Positions 24,697 to 36,900 of a DNA stretch of 64,000 nucleotides are shown piece by piece. How positions within the stretch are numbered: the first letter of the stretch is position 1; each line of letters begins with the position of its first letter. The notes under the pieces are model-generated. The model was not told the DNA's origin, searched no databases, and saw only the letters and a program-made list of their open reading frames with translations. The DNA comes from Lama guanicoe (Eukaryota). The stretch lies in NCBI GenBank assembly GCA_013239625.1, contig MU057344.1:9026727-9090726 (forward strand). The letters are read 5' to 3'. The translations under genes and the position numbers were made by a program.

Positions 24697-27600
24697 CACT
24701 TTTTAAAAATGTTTGAGTACTTTTTAAAAGATTGCCAATCTTCATTTTTCTTGGACTTTCTCTTCTAATGTTATGTATGGGCTGCATTTGAACCAGAAAA
24801 TCAGAATACTATTTGGGGGGAAATCCTGGAACTAACTTTGGAAAGCACTGAGAGTAGTTATTTACTTACGGAAGCTCATCGGAGGTAACACTGTGGACCA
24901 GTGGGGATGCGAACCCCCTGTCTCCCTGTTACTCCTTTTGTCAGTGTAAACACGCGGAATAATTAGATAGAATTAGATACTGTCTGTCTTCCAGAACAGA
25001 CAGAGAAAGTGAGAAATGATCATAACGTTGGAAATTTGGCAAGCTCGATCCCCAGAGAAATTAAGATGAAAAGGAGCCTCAGGCAGTGTGACAGGCCAGA
25101 GCCACTGAATGGAGCATAGGCCTCCAGAAGAGGTTCTGTGTCCAGCATCACTGTGTTAGAGCTCTAGGCTCTGTGCAGGTGGAGGGGCAAGTTCGGAGAA
25201 CAGCCAGTGGAGTGGCGTGATTTCTGTAGACTCTGTGGGGACTGGTCTGGATGAATAAAAGACTTACCTCAGCATCAGAGTTGCTACCGCACGAGGCGGT
25301 GTCTTCGTTGCTCTGCCTTAATTCCTGGGAGTGATCCTTTCTGTCAAATTAAGTCGGTTACTGCAAGTTGAGGTTGGGTGAGGACCTAGGAGGCAGACAG
25401 TTGAGGGTTTGAATGATGTTACATACACACTAATTGAGTGAAAATTGTTTTTAATTTGCAAATTTGAATGAATACATGTCCAGTATAACAAGTAAATGAT
25501 AAAAAAAGATATCAGTTAAAACCCTCACCCCCAGCCCGTGAGGTAATAACTAACTATATTTAACAGTTTGGTTTGTTCTTTACAGGCCTTTCTCTGTATA
25601 TCATGAGGATATAATTTTTAACGTGGTTTTAAATTGGAATGTGTACTAAAGTGTGAATTTAGATTATTATTACAGCTTTTGAAATGACTGAATTAAATTG
25701 GGTGGTATGAAAATTGCATTCTGTTTGACAAAGAGTTAATACCCAATCTGTTTAGTGGTGGGGGCAGAGTGGAGGTTAGGCCCAGATAACCTGGGGGAGG
25801 TTAAGGATGGGAGGAGGGGTTTGGAAAGAGAAAAAAGTAGAAATGGAGGAGTAAATGAGGGACCAGGTTTGAATCCTGGCTCTGGCTCTTAGTGACTTCA
25901 GTGTTCTAGTAAAATTACCAACTTCCCTAGTATCCTCATTTATGAGGGGCTTCATATTTCATAGGGTTCTTGTAAAGGTTAAATAAAAATAACACATAGA
26001 GCATCTAGCCCAGTGCTTGGCACAGAGATGCTTCCCTTTCTTCAGTTCTTTCTCTCCAGATAGGGAATTTCCATGTGAAAGTTAACTTGTAAAAATTATT
26101 TTACAGTAGTACATAATCAGGTCCCCTTGCTTTGTTAAAAGGGACTTTTATAGATCCCATGAGGAAAAATTATTGATTATATGAAAGTATGTCTCCTTGG
26201 GATCAAGTCAGCTGAGTATTTCTTGATCATTAGAAAGATTTGGAAATAATTTGTTATACATCGCTGTTGAGCTTGAACCAGCGTGGGAAGTTTGACGTGC
26301 CTTTGCACTGTCTTTGTCTGGAAGGAAGGGATTCTGGTTCTCCCTGTCTTTCCACTAGCCTAACCTCACGGTGTTGGGGTACTTGTGCAGTCTAGTAATT
26401 TGTAGTTACACTAAGCAAAATTCGGTCCCATTTTAAAGATTAGGTTCTGTGTATCTGTCACTGAGGTTAATTCTGATTGGAAGCCAAGGTTTGACCAACT
26501 AAGGTAGGAACTGTATAAAAACACATTTCCATCCCAGTTCCTAATTGTAAGGTTAGACTCTCAATAAAAATGAGAAAGCTGCATACTTTAAAAAAAAGTC
26601 CGTGTATGATGATTCTGATGGGAGGGGAGGTAAGTCCAGGACTCAGCAGACCTCAGCGGCCTTCCTTCAGCCTTGGGTTTTCATTTCGGAAGACTAACTG
26701 GCTCTCCCCGCCCACTTCCCTGTTTTACTTAGAGCTAATACTATATCAGTGGAGGAAAGGTAGAAAATTCAGATGAGCAGAGGAAAGAAAATAAAAATTA
26801 TAGATGATTCCACTTCTCAGAGAAATCCATTAATAACATTTTTATGTATTAAGTTTCAGATTCTTTTTCTTTTCATACATTCATATGTTTAAAACAAAAA
26901 TGGTGTCATATAAGCCATCCGTTAAATAAATAGCTTTCTTCAGTCATCAGTGTAGTGTGACTGTCTTTCATACCAGTAAGTATATTTCCACAACTTCTGA
27001 TCATCTTTGTTGTCCCTTAATTATAGAGATCATGTGTGTTTACTGAAAAGACTCTTAAGGAATACAAAAGTAACAGAAAATAAAAGTTTCCATGTAAGTC
27101 AGTTAGTCATTCATACAACAGTACTTTTTAAGGTCTGCTTAATATTCTACTACATGCCTGGGTTATATACTGAGCTAATCTGTGCTACTCTCCATTTAGC
27201 AATTAATTGGAAATAGCCTATAGTGAACTACACTGCTAAGAGCATCTTTGCACATACATCTTCGTATGATTGCCCAATTATCTCAGACGTAAAGAATAAA
27301 TTCCTACCAATGTATATGCTGGTTAAAGTGTATGTACATTTAAAATTTTTCTTGTCAATATTGCTTAATTCCATCCACAAAAATGGTACCGATTTACTCT
27401 CTGAGCAGTATTTTTAGGGAATGTCGGCTTTCTAATCTTACTTTTGGTTTTCCCTTAAAAAAATGAATAAATATTATTTAATTTAAAGTTATTTTTGATT
27501 ATTAGGTAAATTTAATTTTTTTTCCCATAAAGTTTTGGCCTGGTGTATTCCTTTTTGAATTGTTTGTACATTTTAAAAAACTGAAGTATTCATCTTTTTT

Positions 27601-30072
27601 TATAAGACTAACTATTTTGATTTAAGTATGACTTAGCAGATTCCTTCATCTCTTCTGAAACAAAATGAGCTATCCATAAATAATTCACTCACGTGGAACA
27701 CGTTGCTCTTTGTGAAGGTCTTTACTGACCCAGGAGCCAGGACGTTCCAGTATAGCTGTGTTGTTATCTTTGGGTTGTAGGTAGACTCTTGATGCCTGCC
27801 TCCAGCTGCCTTCTTTAACTGTGTGCGGTTTTCCAGCACCATCTCTGCGTTCATCTGTAGCCACTGGTGTCTGTAGCTGTGTCAGTATGTGTGTAGGCGG
27901 TGGGTGGGACTATGCTATCTACTGTGATAAATCAGAACAAGACCTTTTATTCCCAAGCTGGTAAAAAGGAATGAATATGGACTGATAATGCTAAAAGACC
28001 AACTAACCACTCCCTTTTCCTTATTTTATCATGCTGGCAAATATATCTCTTAAACATTCAAGCAGCTTATATTATTTTGGTGTGGAAAGTTTAAATGTAT
28101 CATGATGCTGTCTCTTCATAACATACAATTTGGGACTGCTCTTTCTTTTTGTTTCGAAAGGAGAGAAGCGTGTGTGCCTCTGTGTGTGTGTGTGCACGCA
28201 CACACTTAAACGTGTATAAGCTGAGAGTGAGTGTGACAGTGAGTTTGAAAAGGAGACAAGTGTGATGTGGATAACCTCTTTTTAGAATGGTGCAGATAAG
28301 TGCTTTAGTAAACAACCAGTTTTTTCAACTCACTGCGTACTTACAGGAGAGTGAAAATATTCTCCTTGACACTTGGTAGTGATTAAATAAAGTAACCGCA
28401 GAGCACCTTCTAGCTTGGTACATGTCACATAGTCGTGTTCGTGAAATGATGGCAGTTGTACATTCGTGTATAACTATGTCCTTTCATTAATTTCATAGTT
28501 ATTTGTTGAGAGCCTGCTCTATGCCAGGCACTGGTCAAGGTCTTAGAAGTACTACAGTGAATGGAAGAACTAAAACGTTATCTCACAGGGCTAGTACTCT
28601 GATGTGGGGAGACTGTCACTAAGTAAGTAAGTAGATGATCTCACACTTTAAAAGAGCACAAGTACTATGAAGGAAAATAAATCGGGGGAATGACTGGGGG
28701 TGCTGATGGGAAGAGAAGGATTCACAGTTTTAGCTAGGATGGTCAAGGAAGGCACTGGTAAGTGGAGTCAGGTAGAGCTGGGGCCAAGCCTGTCTTCACT
28801 ACTAATTAAGTGACTTTGTGAAAGTTATTTACCCTTTGATCCTAAATTTTCACATGTTAAAAAAAGAGGTAAGGAACCTGATGCATAAGGTTAAATGAGA
28901 CAATATGGAAAGCATGTAGCATCATGCTGGCCATCTGACTCCCAACAGGAAGAAAGAGGTGTTAGTGGCCGGTAGGGTGGGCGCTGCCCCCGCAGTCACA
29001 GGCCGGGAGACACAGGCGCGCCCCGAGGAGCAGAGAGCTGCGGCTTTGCTCCAGAAGGGAAGCTGCAGTCAACCAGAGTGTGTAGTGTGGGTAGGCGAGA
29101 AAAGAAGAAATGAGTGGTGAGTCTTGACGGAATATGTGTGTATAGTCTAGGCAAGTGATGGACGTATCAGGAGTCTTTTTCTCCCAAAAGAGAAAGTAAA
29201 AGGCTCATTTCTTTTGCTTTGATTTTCACAGATCTTCACCTTTTGATTCTGCAGTTCTATTTCAGTGCCTCATCAAGTGCTTTACAGTCTCATTTGGGGG
29301 AAGTAAAACATAGATAGATGTACATATATATACAAAGAATAAGTTAAAAAATATCTGCTAAGTAGATTTTCTGTAAAATGAAGGAATACGTGCTGGAAGC
29401 TTCTGGGAGGAGGGATTGAGAGGGAATGATCAGGGGAAGCTTCTTGCAAGAGTAGGCGTGGTCTGACTCCTGAAAGAGGGGTCGGGGTTTTTGGTCTTTT
29501 TTGGAAGGACACAGATGTTCCCCAGGGTGCGGGGCCCCTGGATCGGGAAGCTTTTAAGGTCAGCTGAGGTTGCAGAAGCATGGTACGCTGTCGCGCTGTC
29601 ACCCACATGGAAGCTCACACTGCCTGTTCACTTACTGAGGTTTTGGTCAGCCCCGCAGTGAAGGATCCTGCGGAGCTGTGAACCCCAGCAGGGCTGGGCC
29701 CCCACACGTGACTTGCAGAGCAGCCCAGGGGAACACGGCTGTGAGCCCTCTCCTGCCCTGAGTTACTCATGTCCCACAGAGTTGTCGCCTGTCTTTGTGT
29801 ACATATTTGCAAAGCATTTGGAGATCATCAAGCATATTTACTATATAGCACTTTAGGAGAAAAAAAATTACACCCAAATAGGAAAATAACTAAGGAGAAT
29901 GATACAACTTTGGACCTCAGTTTTCGTCTTTATTTTTCTTTTTCCTGTTGCTAATTAATTTTGTTCCTATGAAACGCTTTATAGAGTGATACAAGAATTG
30001 CCTGAGAAGTTGAAAACGGAAATGTTTTAAAGATACTCCTATTTTAATAAATGTGTTTTTCCCTCTCCCAAG

Positions 30073-30225
30073 GTCTACTACCCTAATCTGGGGTGGATGT
30101 GCATTGACGCCACCGATCCTGAGAAGGGGAACTGGCTGCGATATGTGAACTGGGCCTGCTCAGGGGAAGAGCAGAATCTGTTTCCACTGGAAATCAACAG
30201 GGCCATTTACTATAAAACGTTAAAG
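30073..30225 (+). CDS. PRDM2: PRDM2 exon 5 (153 nt): VYYPNLGWMCIDATDPEKGNWLRYVNWACSGEEQNLFPLEINRAIYYKTLK, PR/SET core
   Basis: Acceptor ccctctcccaAG at 30071-30072, donor AAG|GTAAGA at 30226. Contains the PR-domain NWLRYVN motif. Too short to appear in the ORF track. Confidence 0.98.
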
Positions 30226-31639
30226 GTAAGAGTGTTAGAATGAGTGTGCTGTTAGTTACTTGGCATGCATATTTGCAAATACTGTCCTTAGTCGTGACTG
30301 ACAGTAACGACTTTGCAGACCTTGAAAGGGATATATTTGAAAGTGATCCACCAACACACTGAAAGGTCTGTGTTTTAAATATGCCGTTGCCACTGCTTCA
30401 CGTGAGTAAGGGCGCTAAGGCATGAAGATTGTGTTCAGTCTTTATAGACACTGATGAGTTAAGTGTGTGGCAGCCACTTCCCTCCTCTGAAGATACAAAC
30501 GCGTTGGGAACCGTCTGACTGGCAGATGAATCTAACTGTAAGGAACTCTGGTTCTGTGTTCACTAAAAACACATTCTTAGTCTTCAGTGTAATGTAGCCT
30601 TGGATTGGCTTTCCTTTTCCCTGAATTTTACTCAGAAGAGAAATTAAACTGAACATGTTTCTTCTGCCAGATTTTTATTTGGAGACATTAATTGTTGAGA
30701 TGAAAAGAAGAGGACAGTCATTTTATAGAGTTTGTGGTGAGGTAAGAGGTCACTTAGGGAAGTTAGTACTCCGAAGCATTGTTATTTCTGCAACAGGAAG
30801 CCCACATCTGTCTCCCTCGTTTTGATGTTCTGGAAGGCAAATCTGCACTCAACGTGCATGGAGATGTTCTCTAAGGTGAAGTCTTGAGGCTCTAAAAATA
30901 GATGATTGTTGCTTTCTGGAATAGGTATGTTTGCTGACATTACTGTAAGGCAGATTTTTCTTTATTCACTTACTTCTATTAAAAATGTCATAGATTAGGG
31001 GACAGTCCATGGAAAAAATGATCTCCATGGAGCTGAAAGCTCTTGATGAGCAAGCATTTCCGATGAGGGTCAGCTCTGCAGCATACTGAGTTTGGCCTGT
31101 GTGGTGGCAGTAGGACTTCTGGAAGCTTAACTTACAGCTATCTGATTTTCCTTTGCTGTATTTGTCCTGGCATCTTTAGCCAGTTGGATTGCCCTTTACC
31201 TCTTATATACCCATGTCCTTGCTTCCAATCCCTATAGGAAACATTTGTGTGTGTGTGTGGTACTTTCTCACTTAAAAGTTCTGTAATCTTCTTTCCCATT
31301 TTCTTTCTGCTGGATTGTGATAGCATGATTTTCTAGTAGGTTACACTGGAGCTTGAAATTGGATTCAAAATTTGATTCAAGAATTAATTCTGTTCCTCAA
31401 ATGTATTTAAAGTGAGAGTTACATCGGGCTGAATCAGTGAGGCAGAGTCTTGGTGGAGGTGAAGTACCAGCCAGGGGATGGCTATGAGATAGCTGAGGGA
31501 GTAGAGAGAAGGTCCCGGGGGAGGACAAGCCCAGGGAGGTCCTGGGACACTTGGCAGTTCCTCCATCAGACCTCAGGTTCAAATGTGTTCATCGCTGATA
31601 GCAAAGCCGGGAAACATAGAGAAGCTAGAAAGAATAGTG

Positions 31640-32130
31640 TCTGGGAGTTAAGTCTGGAGCCAGATTCCTGGGTGGAATCCTGACTTGCTATGTGACCCAA
31701 GGCAAGTTATTGTGATTTTAACTAGCTGTGAAATCTTAGACAAGTCACTTTCTGTGCCTCAGTTTCCTTACTTGTAAGATACACGTAATTATAGTATGGA
31801 TCTTATAGGGTTATGATGATTGCATAGGAGATTGTGAGTAGAGTTCTAGCACCTAAAAAGTGCTGAAGAAATGGCAGCTGCTCGTTTTGGCAAGGCAGTG
31901 TAGTGTCAGGTCAGGAGCGGGAACTCTGGAGCAGGCTGCCTTGTGAGCAGATTTTGGCTTTGAGATACGTGACCATAAGAAGTTACTTAAACCCCGTCTT
32001 CGTTTTCTCATCTGTAAAAGTGGAGGTGATAGTAAAATTAATACATACAGTTGTTGTGAAGATTAAACAAGCCAATATGTATACAGTTCTGTGAACAGTC
32101 CTAGTCTAACCCAAGTCCTCAAAGTGTTAA
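31640..32130. mobile_element. Two adjacent MIR SINEs
   Basis: ctggagccagattcctggg...ctgtgcctcagtttcctta and ctctggagcaggctgc...gttttctcatctgtaaaagtggaggtgatagta. Confidence 0.65.
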
Positions 32131-32874
32131 CAAGCTATACGACTACTATTATTATTTTTACCTGATTTTGTTCGAAGTAAAGTAGCTCTGATCTTTGCAG
32201 ACCCCGCCCCCCCACCCTAACCTTTGACATTTGCTCAAGTATGCACAAGACCTTTCAGATTCCTTGCTAGCGATTATCTAACTATATTCTTATAGACTAA
32301 ACTTTCTGTGGATTAGGTTATGTAATAAATTACATGTGATGTTCTCTGGGTCTCTGTAGCACCTTGTCAGCTATCACCTAGATAATTCGGAAATCTCAAC
32401 ACTGGTTTTGTTTGTAATATGATTAAAAACTGCTTTAAATTCCTGAAGGTTAATTGTTAGCCTGCTGTCCATCCATTCATCTGTTCATTAGTTCATCAAG
32501 TATTTATTGAGCGTCTGCTGTGTACCAGCTATTGATAGTAGTGAACAGAACAGACAAGGTCTCTGGTCTCATGGAACTTCTAACTTGTGGGGGAGGTAGC
32601 AGATAATAAACAAGTAAACAAGTAAACAAAATAATTTCAGATATCGGTAAGTGCTCTGAAGATAAGAAAATGTGATAGAAATTGACTTGGTGATGGAGGG
32701 CTACTGTAGTTCTGATGGGTCAGGGGAGACAAGACATACGGACACCAGCCCCACCCCCACCCCACCCTCCCCCACTGGCGTGAGAAGGACCCAGATACAC
32801 AGAGATCTCTGGAGCAGTTCAGGGAGAACTTCCCTGGCAGAAGCAGAAGTATGGAAGTAGGGATGATCTATACT

Positions 32875-32903
32875 GCGTGTGTGTGTGCGTGCGTGTGTGT
32901 GTG
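32875..32903. repeat. Imperfect (GT)n/(GCGT)n microsatellite
   Basis: gcgtgtgtgtgtgcgtgcgtgtgtgtgtg. Confidence 0.8.
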
Positions 32904-34479
32904 TTTTAAAGGAATTCAAAGGCTTCTATTGGTTTGGCTGTGTTGAGGAGAGGGATGGTGAATGAGGCTGGTGAGGTGGGCAGGGGCCAGATCAGGGAGG
33001 CCTAAAATATTATGCTGGAGGATAGATTGTAGTTAGGTAAGCATGGATATGCTTTGTGTGTTCTCATTATTCTGGAATATTTCTCTTAATTTGACCTACT
33101 GCCAGGAATATTTATGGGAACCCTTGCCTATTCCTAAATCGATTTGGTAAAATTTCAAGTTTATATTTACTGATATTTAGAGAAGAGAAAATGCTTTGTT
33201 CTGTAAGCCTTTCTGAACCCGAAGGAAGAATTTAAATTCGTTTTGTTGTTATTTTTGTTTTTTGTTAAATGTCAAAATACAACATATAAGAAAAGGTTGC
33301 TTGAACTTTTGACTTTATGTTTTAAAATGTGGGTTTGTATTTCCAGTGTTTAAGGACATACATTGTCTTCTGAAATTTGACTTACAAAATCTTAAATGTG
33401 CTAAGCAGTGCAGAATTAAAAACAGTGCAGTGCAGAAGCAGGCAGTCATTGATTTTAAAAGACGTATTATTTTCCTCTTGGTAAAATTAAGACTATTATT
33501 TGTGTAGCTGTTTTAATACAAAGCTGGGAAGCATATTGCTTGATAATATAATCATCTCAGCTGCTAACACTTTTGGGTGTAGTTTAATAACTAACAAATC
33601 AGGTTGTTCTTAATCTAGCTATTCACCAGTTCATTAACCATTTAGAAGTTTTACTTTAGATTTGAGGTAAAACATATTCTGGTATGTTTTTATGTTGTGT
33701 TTTTGTTGTTGTTGTTGTTTTTGTAACAACAAAAGAGTACCCTCCTAAGTAGAGAGTCTGTGTTGGTGTTTAACTCCTCCCAGTTGCTAGCTAGTATAAG
33801 TGGTAACTCTGCAGAAGGCTGGAGTGGAGTGAACAGGGAAGCTTAGGGCGCTGAGTCTGGGAGGAATCTTGAAGATGTCCAGTGGATTCTTCTAGCCAGT
33901 GTTCCGGTTATGCTGTTTGATTTAGAAATATATGGGGAATATATTTTTCCTTACTCCTTTCCATTTTCTTTTTTGCTTTGGTTTTATTTAGACTTTATAT
34001 ATTTCTGTAAACCCTAATCACTTCAAGGAGTATATGATACCAACATTTCATCAATATGTGACTTATAACAAAAATATGGAGAAGTAAACTATGTATTTGG
34101 AACTAGAAATAGTTTAAATAAAGAAGCCTATTCCTTCAGCAGCAATAGATTAGCTCATAAGAGTGCCAAAAGGCATCTGTAATGGCTATTTTAACTCATT
34201 AAAATCTTATATATTAAGTTTTTTGGTTTAGGTGTAACTGATTCAAGAAGGAAAATAATAATACATTGGTTTAAAGATAAGAAAATAGCAGGTTTTAACT
34301 GTCCTTGGGGAGAACAAAATAAATAGTGGCTTTAAAAAAAATCTTAACTTAGAATATTTTAAAATTTGGACTATATAAACATTGAGTTCTGCAGAGAATG
34401 AAATAAAGTAATATTTACTTTCAAGGGCTTTATCTGGGCTGAAAGGTATGTTGAAGTGAGGAACTACCTCTAAACTGAC

Positions 34480-35235
34480 ATCTTGATGGACTTCTACCTG
34501 CCCCGAAAAACAAGGGTATCTTCCATAACCACAGTGCAGTGATCAAAATCAGGAAACCCACAGTGCAGTGATCAAAATCAGGAAACCCACACTGGCACAG
34601 TATTTTATTAGCTAATCTATAAATCTTATTCAAATTCTGTCAATTGTTCCAATCATGTCCTTTTAGGAAAAGAAAACTCCGTTGCATTTAGTTGTAATGT
34701 CTCATCAGTCTCCTTAGTTTGGACAGTACCTCAGTCTTTGTCTTTTATAACCTTTCAGTTTTGAGAAAACTGGTCAGTAATTTTGTAGAACGTCCCACAG
34801 TTTGGCCTTCACTTGTGTTTTATCATGACTAATTACATTTGCACATTTTGGGCAGAAATCTCCAGAAGTGATGCTGTTATTTTCTGTGCATCATTATCAG
34901 GAGGTATATGATGTTGATTTGTCTCGTTGTAAAGGTACTGTTTTTCCCATTGTCATTAATAAATGTTTTATGGGGAGATATTTTGAGACTATGCAAATAC
35001 TGTTACTTCTTTGACTTTTATTCGCTAGTTTTAGCATTAACTGATGATTCTTGCCTGAATCAGTTATTACTCCGATGATTGTTGGTCGTTTTATAATTCC
35101 ATTACTTCTTTTTCACTGATTTTTTGGGATCTACTGAAGGGAGAGCTTTCCTTATTTATTTATTTTTATATTCGTTCATTCATTCATTCATATCAGTATG
35201 GACTCATGGATTCTTATTTTATTCACTGGGTTTTA
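34480..35235 (-). mobile_element. Old L1 (L1MC/MD-like) 3' fragment containing a 29-bp tandem duplication
   Basis: aaaacaagggtatcttccataaccacagt, ttgcatttagttgtaatgtctc, tttatggggagatattttgagactatgcaaata, cagtatggactcatggattcttattttattc. Confidence 0.7.
34529..34591. repeat. Perfect 29-bp tandem duplication (CCACAGTGCAGTGATCAAAATCAGGAAAC x2)
   Basis: Units at 34529-34557 and 34558-34586, followed by a partial CCACA. Confidence 0.9.
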
Positions 35236-35519
35236 GGTAGAATTTTACTTGTGTTGATACTCTTGGAACTTTTGAACAGATGAATCATTATGAGAGAAAC
35301 CAATAAGCCATTTCTTTGCATTTTGTTTGGGAGTGTAATCTTCCCACTCAGTGTATTTTTTTCTTCAAGACCTTGTTCTCTTGGTATAGTCAGTATGATG
35401 TGTGGTCCTTGTCCTCACTCCTCACAGGGCTGTTAGAAGTGAATGTTTTAGGAGCGTGATACATGTGCAGTATTTTTAGGCATTTCTTTGTAAATATAAA
35501 AGTTCCCTTGTAAAGCCGA

Positions 35520-36900
35520 TGTGCAGTGCTGAGGGCGAGGCAGCGGACCCCCGTGGGCCGAGCAGGCTGGCGGCGGTGCAGACGGTGCCCTGCCGGGCGC
35601 TCGCGTCCTCCGCGCCACCTCTTCCGTGGGCACGTCCGTGGTGTAACGAGCCGTGCGTTTACAAACGTGCGGTGACATGCAGTTCTTACCATGCTTAACT
35701 CGCTCTCGGACTCTGAAACCTGCGCTGACAATTAGCTTTCGGCACGTCTCTTTCCAAAGTGCCTGGCTCCTTTCGGTTATGCTTTATATTTCCCTTCAGC
35801 TTAGATTTCGTGGGCAAAATGGTTCCATAGTTTATTTTTCCTTGTGCGTGGATAGTCGTGAGGCTTTGAACGGTGAGATCCCGTGGCATATGTCAGGTTT
35901 GAGTGTAAAGCGATTCTGTCAGATGCCGACGTCCACCGGACGGACTCCGTGGAGCCGAGACGGCCAGGAAGTGAGGTCCTCCTTCCAGCAGAGGGTCCCT
36001 TCCCGCGCCGCCCAGGCCGCGGCTGCCGCGCTGGAGGAGCCCTTCCTGCCGGGCTGGCCTCCGGCGCGCCGCCCCGCTGGGAGCGCCGNNNNNNNNNNNN
36101 NNNNNNNNNNNNNNNNNNNNNNNNNNNNNNNNNNNNNNNNNNNNNNNNNNNNNNNNNNNNNNNNNNNNNNNNNNNNNNNNNNNNNNNNNNNNNNNNNNNN
36201 NNNNNNNNNNNNNNNNNNNNNNNNNNNNNNNNNNNNNNNNNNNNNNNNNNNNNNNNNNNNNNNNNNNNNNNNNNNNGGAAAGGTAGGAGCCCGCCGCCGC
36301 CCCGGCTCCCTGCCGCCGCCCGGCCCGGGCCGGATCCGGGCCCCGGCGGCGCCCGCGGCCCTCGGTGACCTTTCCCGGACACGGCGCCGGCCCGCGGTGC
36401 CAGCCCCCCCGGCCGCTGCTGAATCACGGCGCCGGACGCCGCGCTCGGGCTCTTTGCTAACTTGGGGCGGAGCAGCCGGGCGCGGAAAAGTGAGCGGAGC
36501 GGCGCGCCGCGAGGGCGGCCGGGCCGGCTGTCACCTCCCTCGCCGCCGTCTCCATAGCTGGACTTGCGGGCGGGAGCGGCTGCCGGTCTCTCGGAGCCCG
36601 GCACGCCGGTATATTCTTAGCTTTTTGTGCTGTTCGCCAGCGACGCGTCGTAAAATGTGTTTCGAGAGTGACATTTCCAGGTCCGAGGAGTCGGTGGCCT
36701 GTGTCCACCCAGACTGTGCGGGAGGGCTGGGCGCGCTGCGGGGCCGGAGAGCCGGCCGGGCCGGACACTGCTCCGCGGCCACCCACTCGTCCCGGGCCGG
36801 GCCTGCCACTCCGGCCACCGGGCCCGGCCGCCCGCCGCGCCACCCCACGCGAGGCCGCGCTGCGCACCATCGCTTTACTCGCGATGGGTGAAGGTTTTAG
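35520..36900. promoter_or_regulatory. PRDM2: Intragenic CpG island over the intron 5/exon 6/intron 6 junction; expected internal promoter of the PR-less RIZ2 isoform
   Basis: Very GC- and CpG-rich relative to the AT-rich flanks, with a GC box GGGGCGGAG near 36464. RIZ2 is known to start from an internal promoter around intron 5/exon 6. Confidence 0.88.
36156..36282 (+). CDS. PRDM2: PRDM2 exon 6: only the last 6 nt (GGAAAG) are visible; the rest lies in the 36089-36276 N gap, and the start is inferred from a 127-nt exon length
   Basis: GGAAAG|GTAGGA immediately after the gap fits ...S-R-K-G with a phase-1 donor, matching the exon 7 phase. Confidence 0.8.

Noticed and set aside
35653-36891. 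Long ORFs (412, 267 and 161 aa) over the CpG island
   Set aside because: They run through 188 N's and stop-poor GC-rich DNA, and give low-complexity R/P/A/G translations. The real coding content is PRDM2 exon 6.
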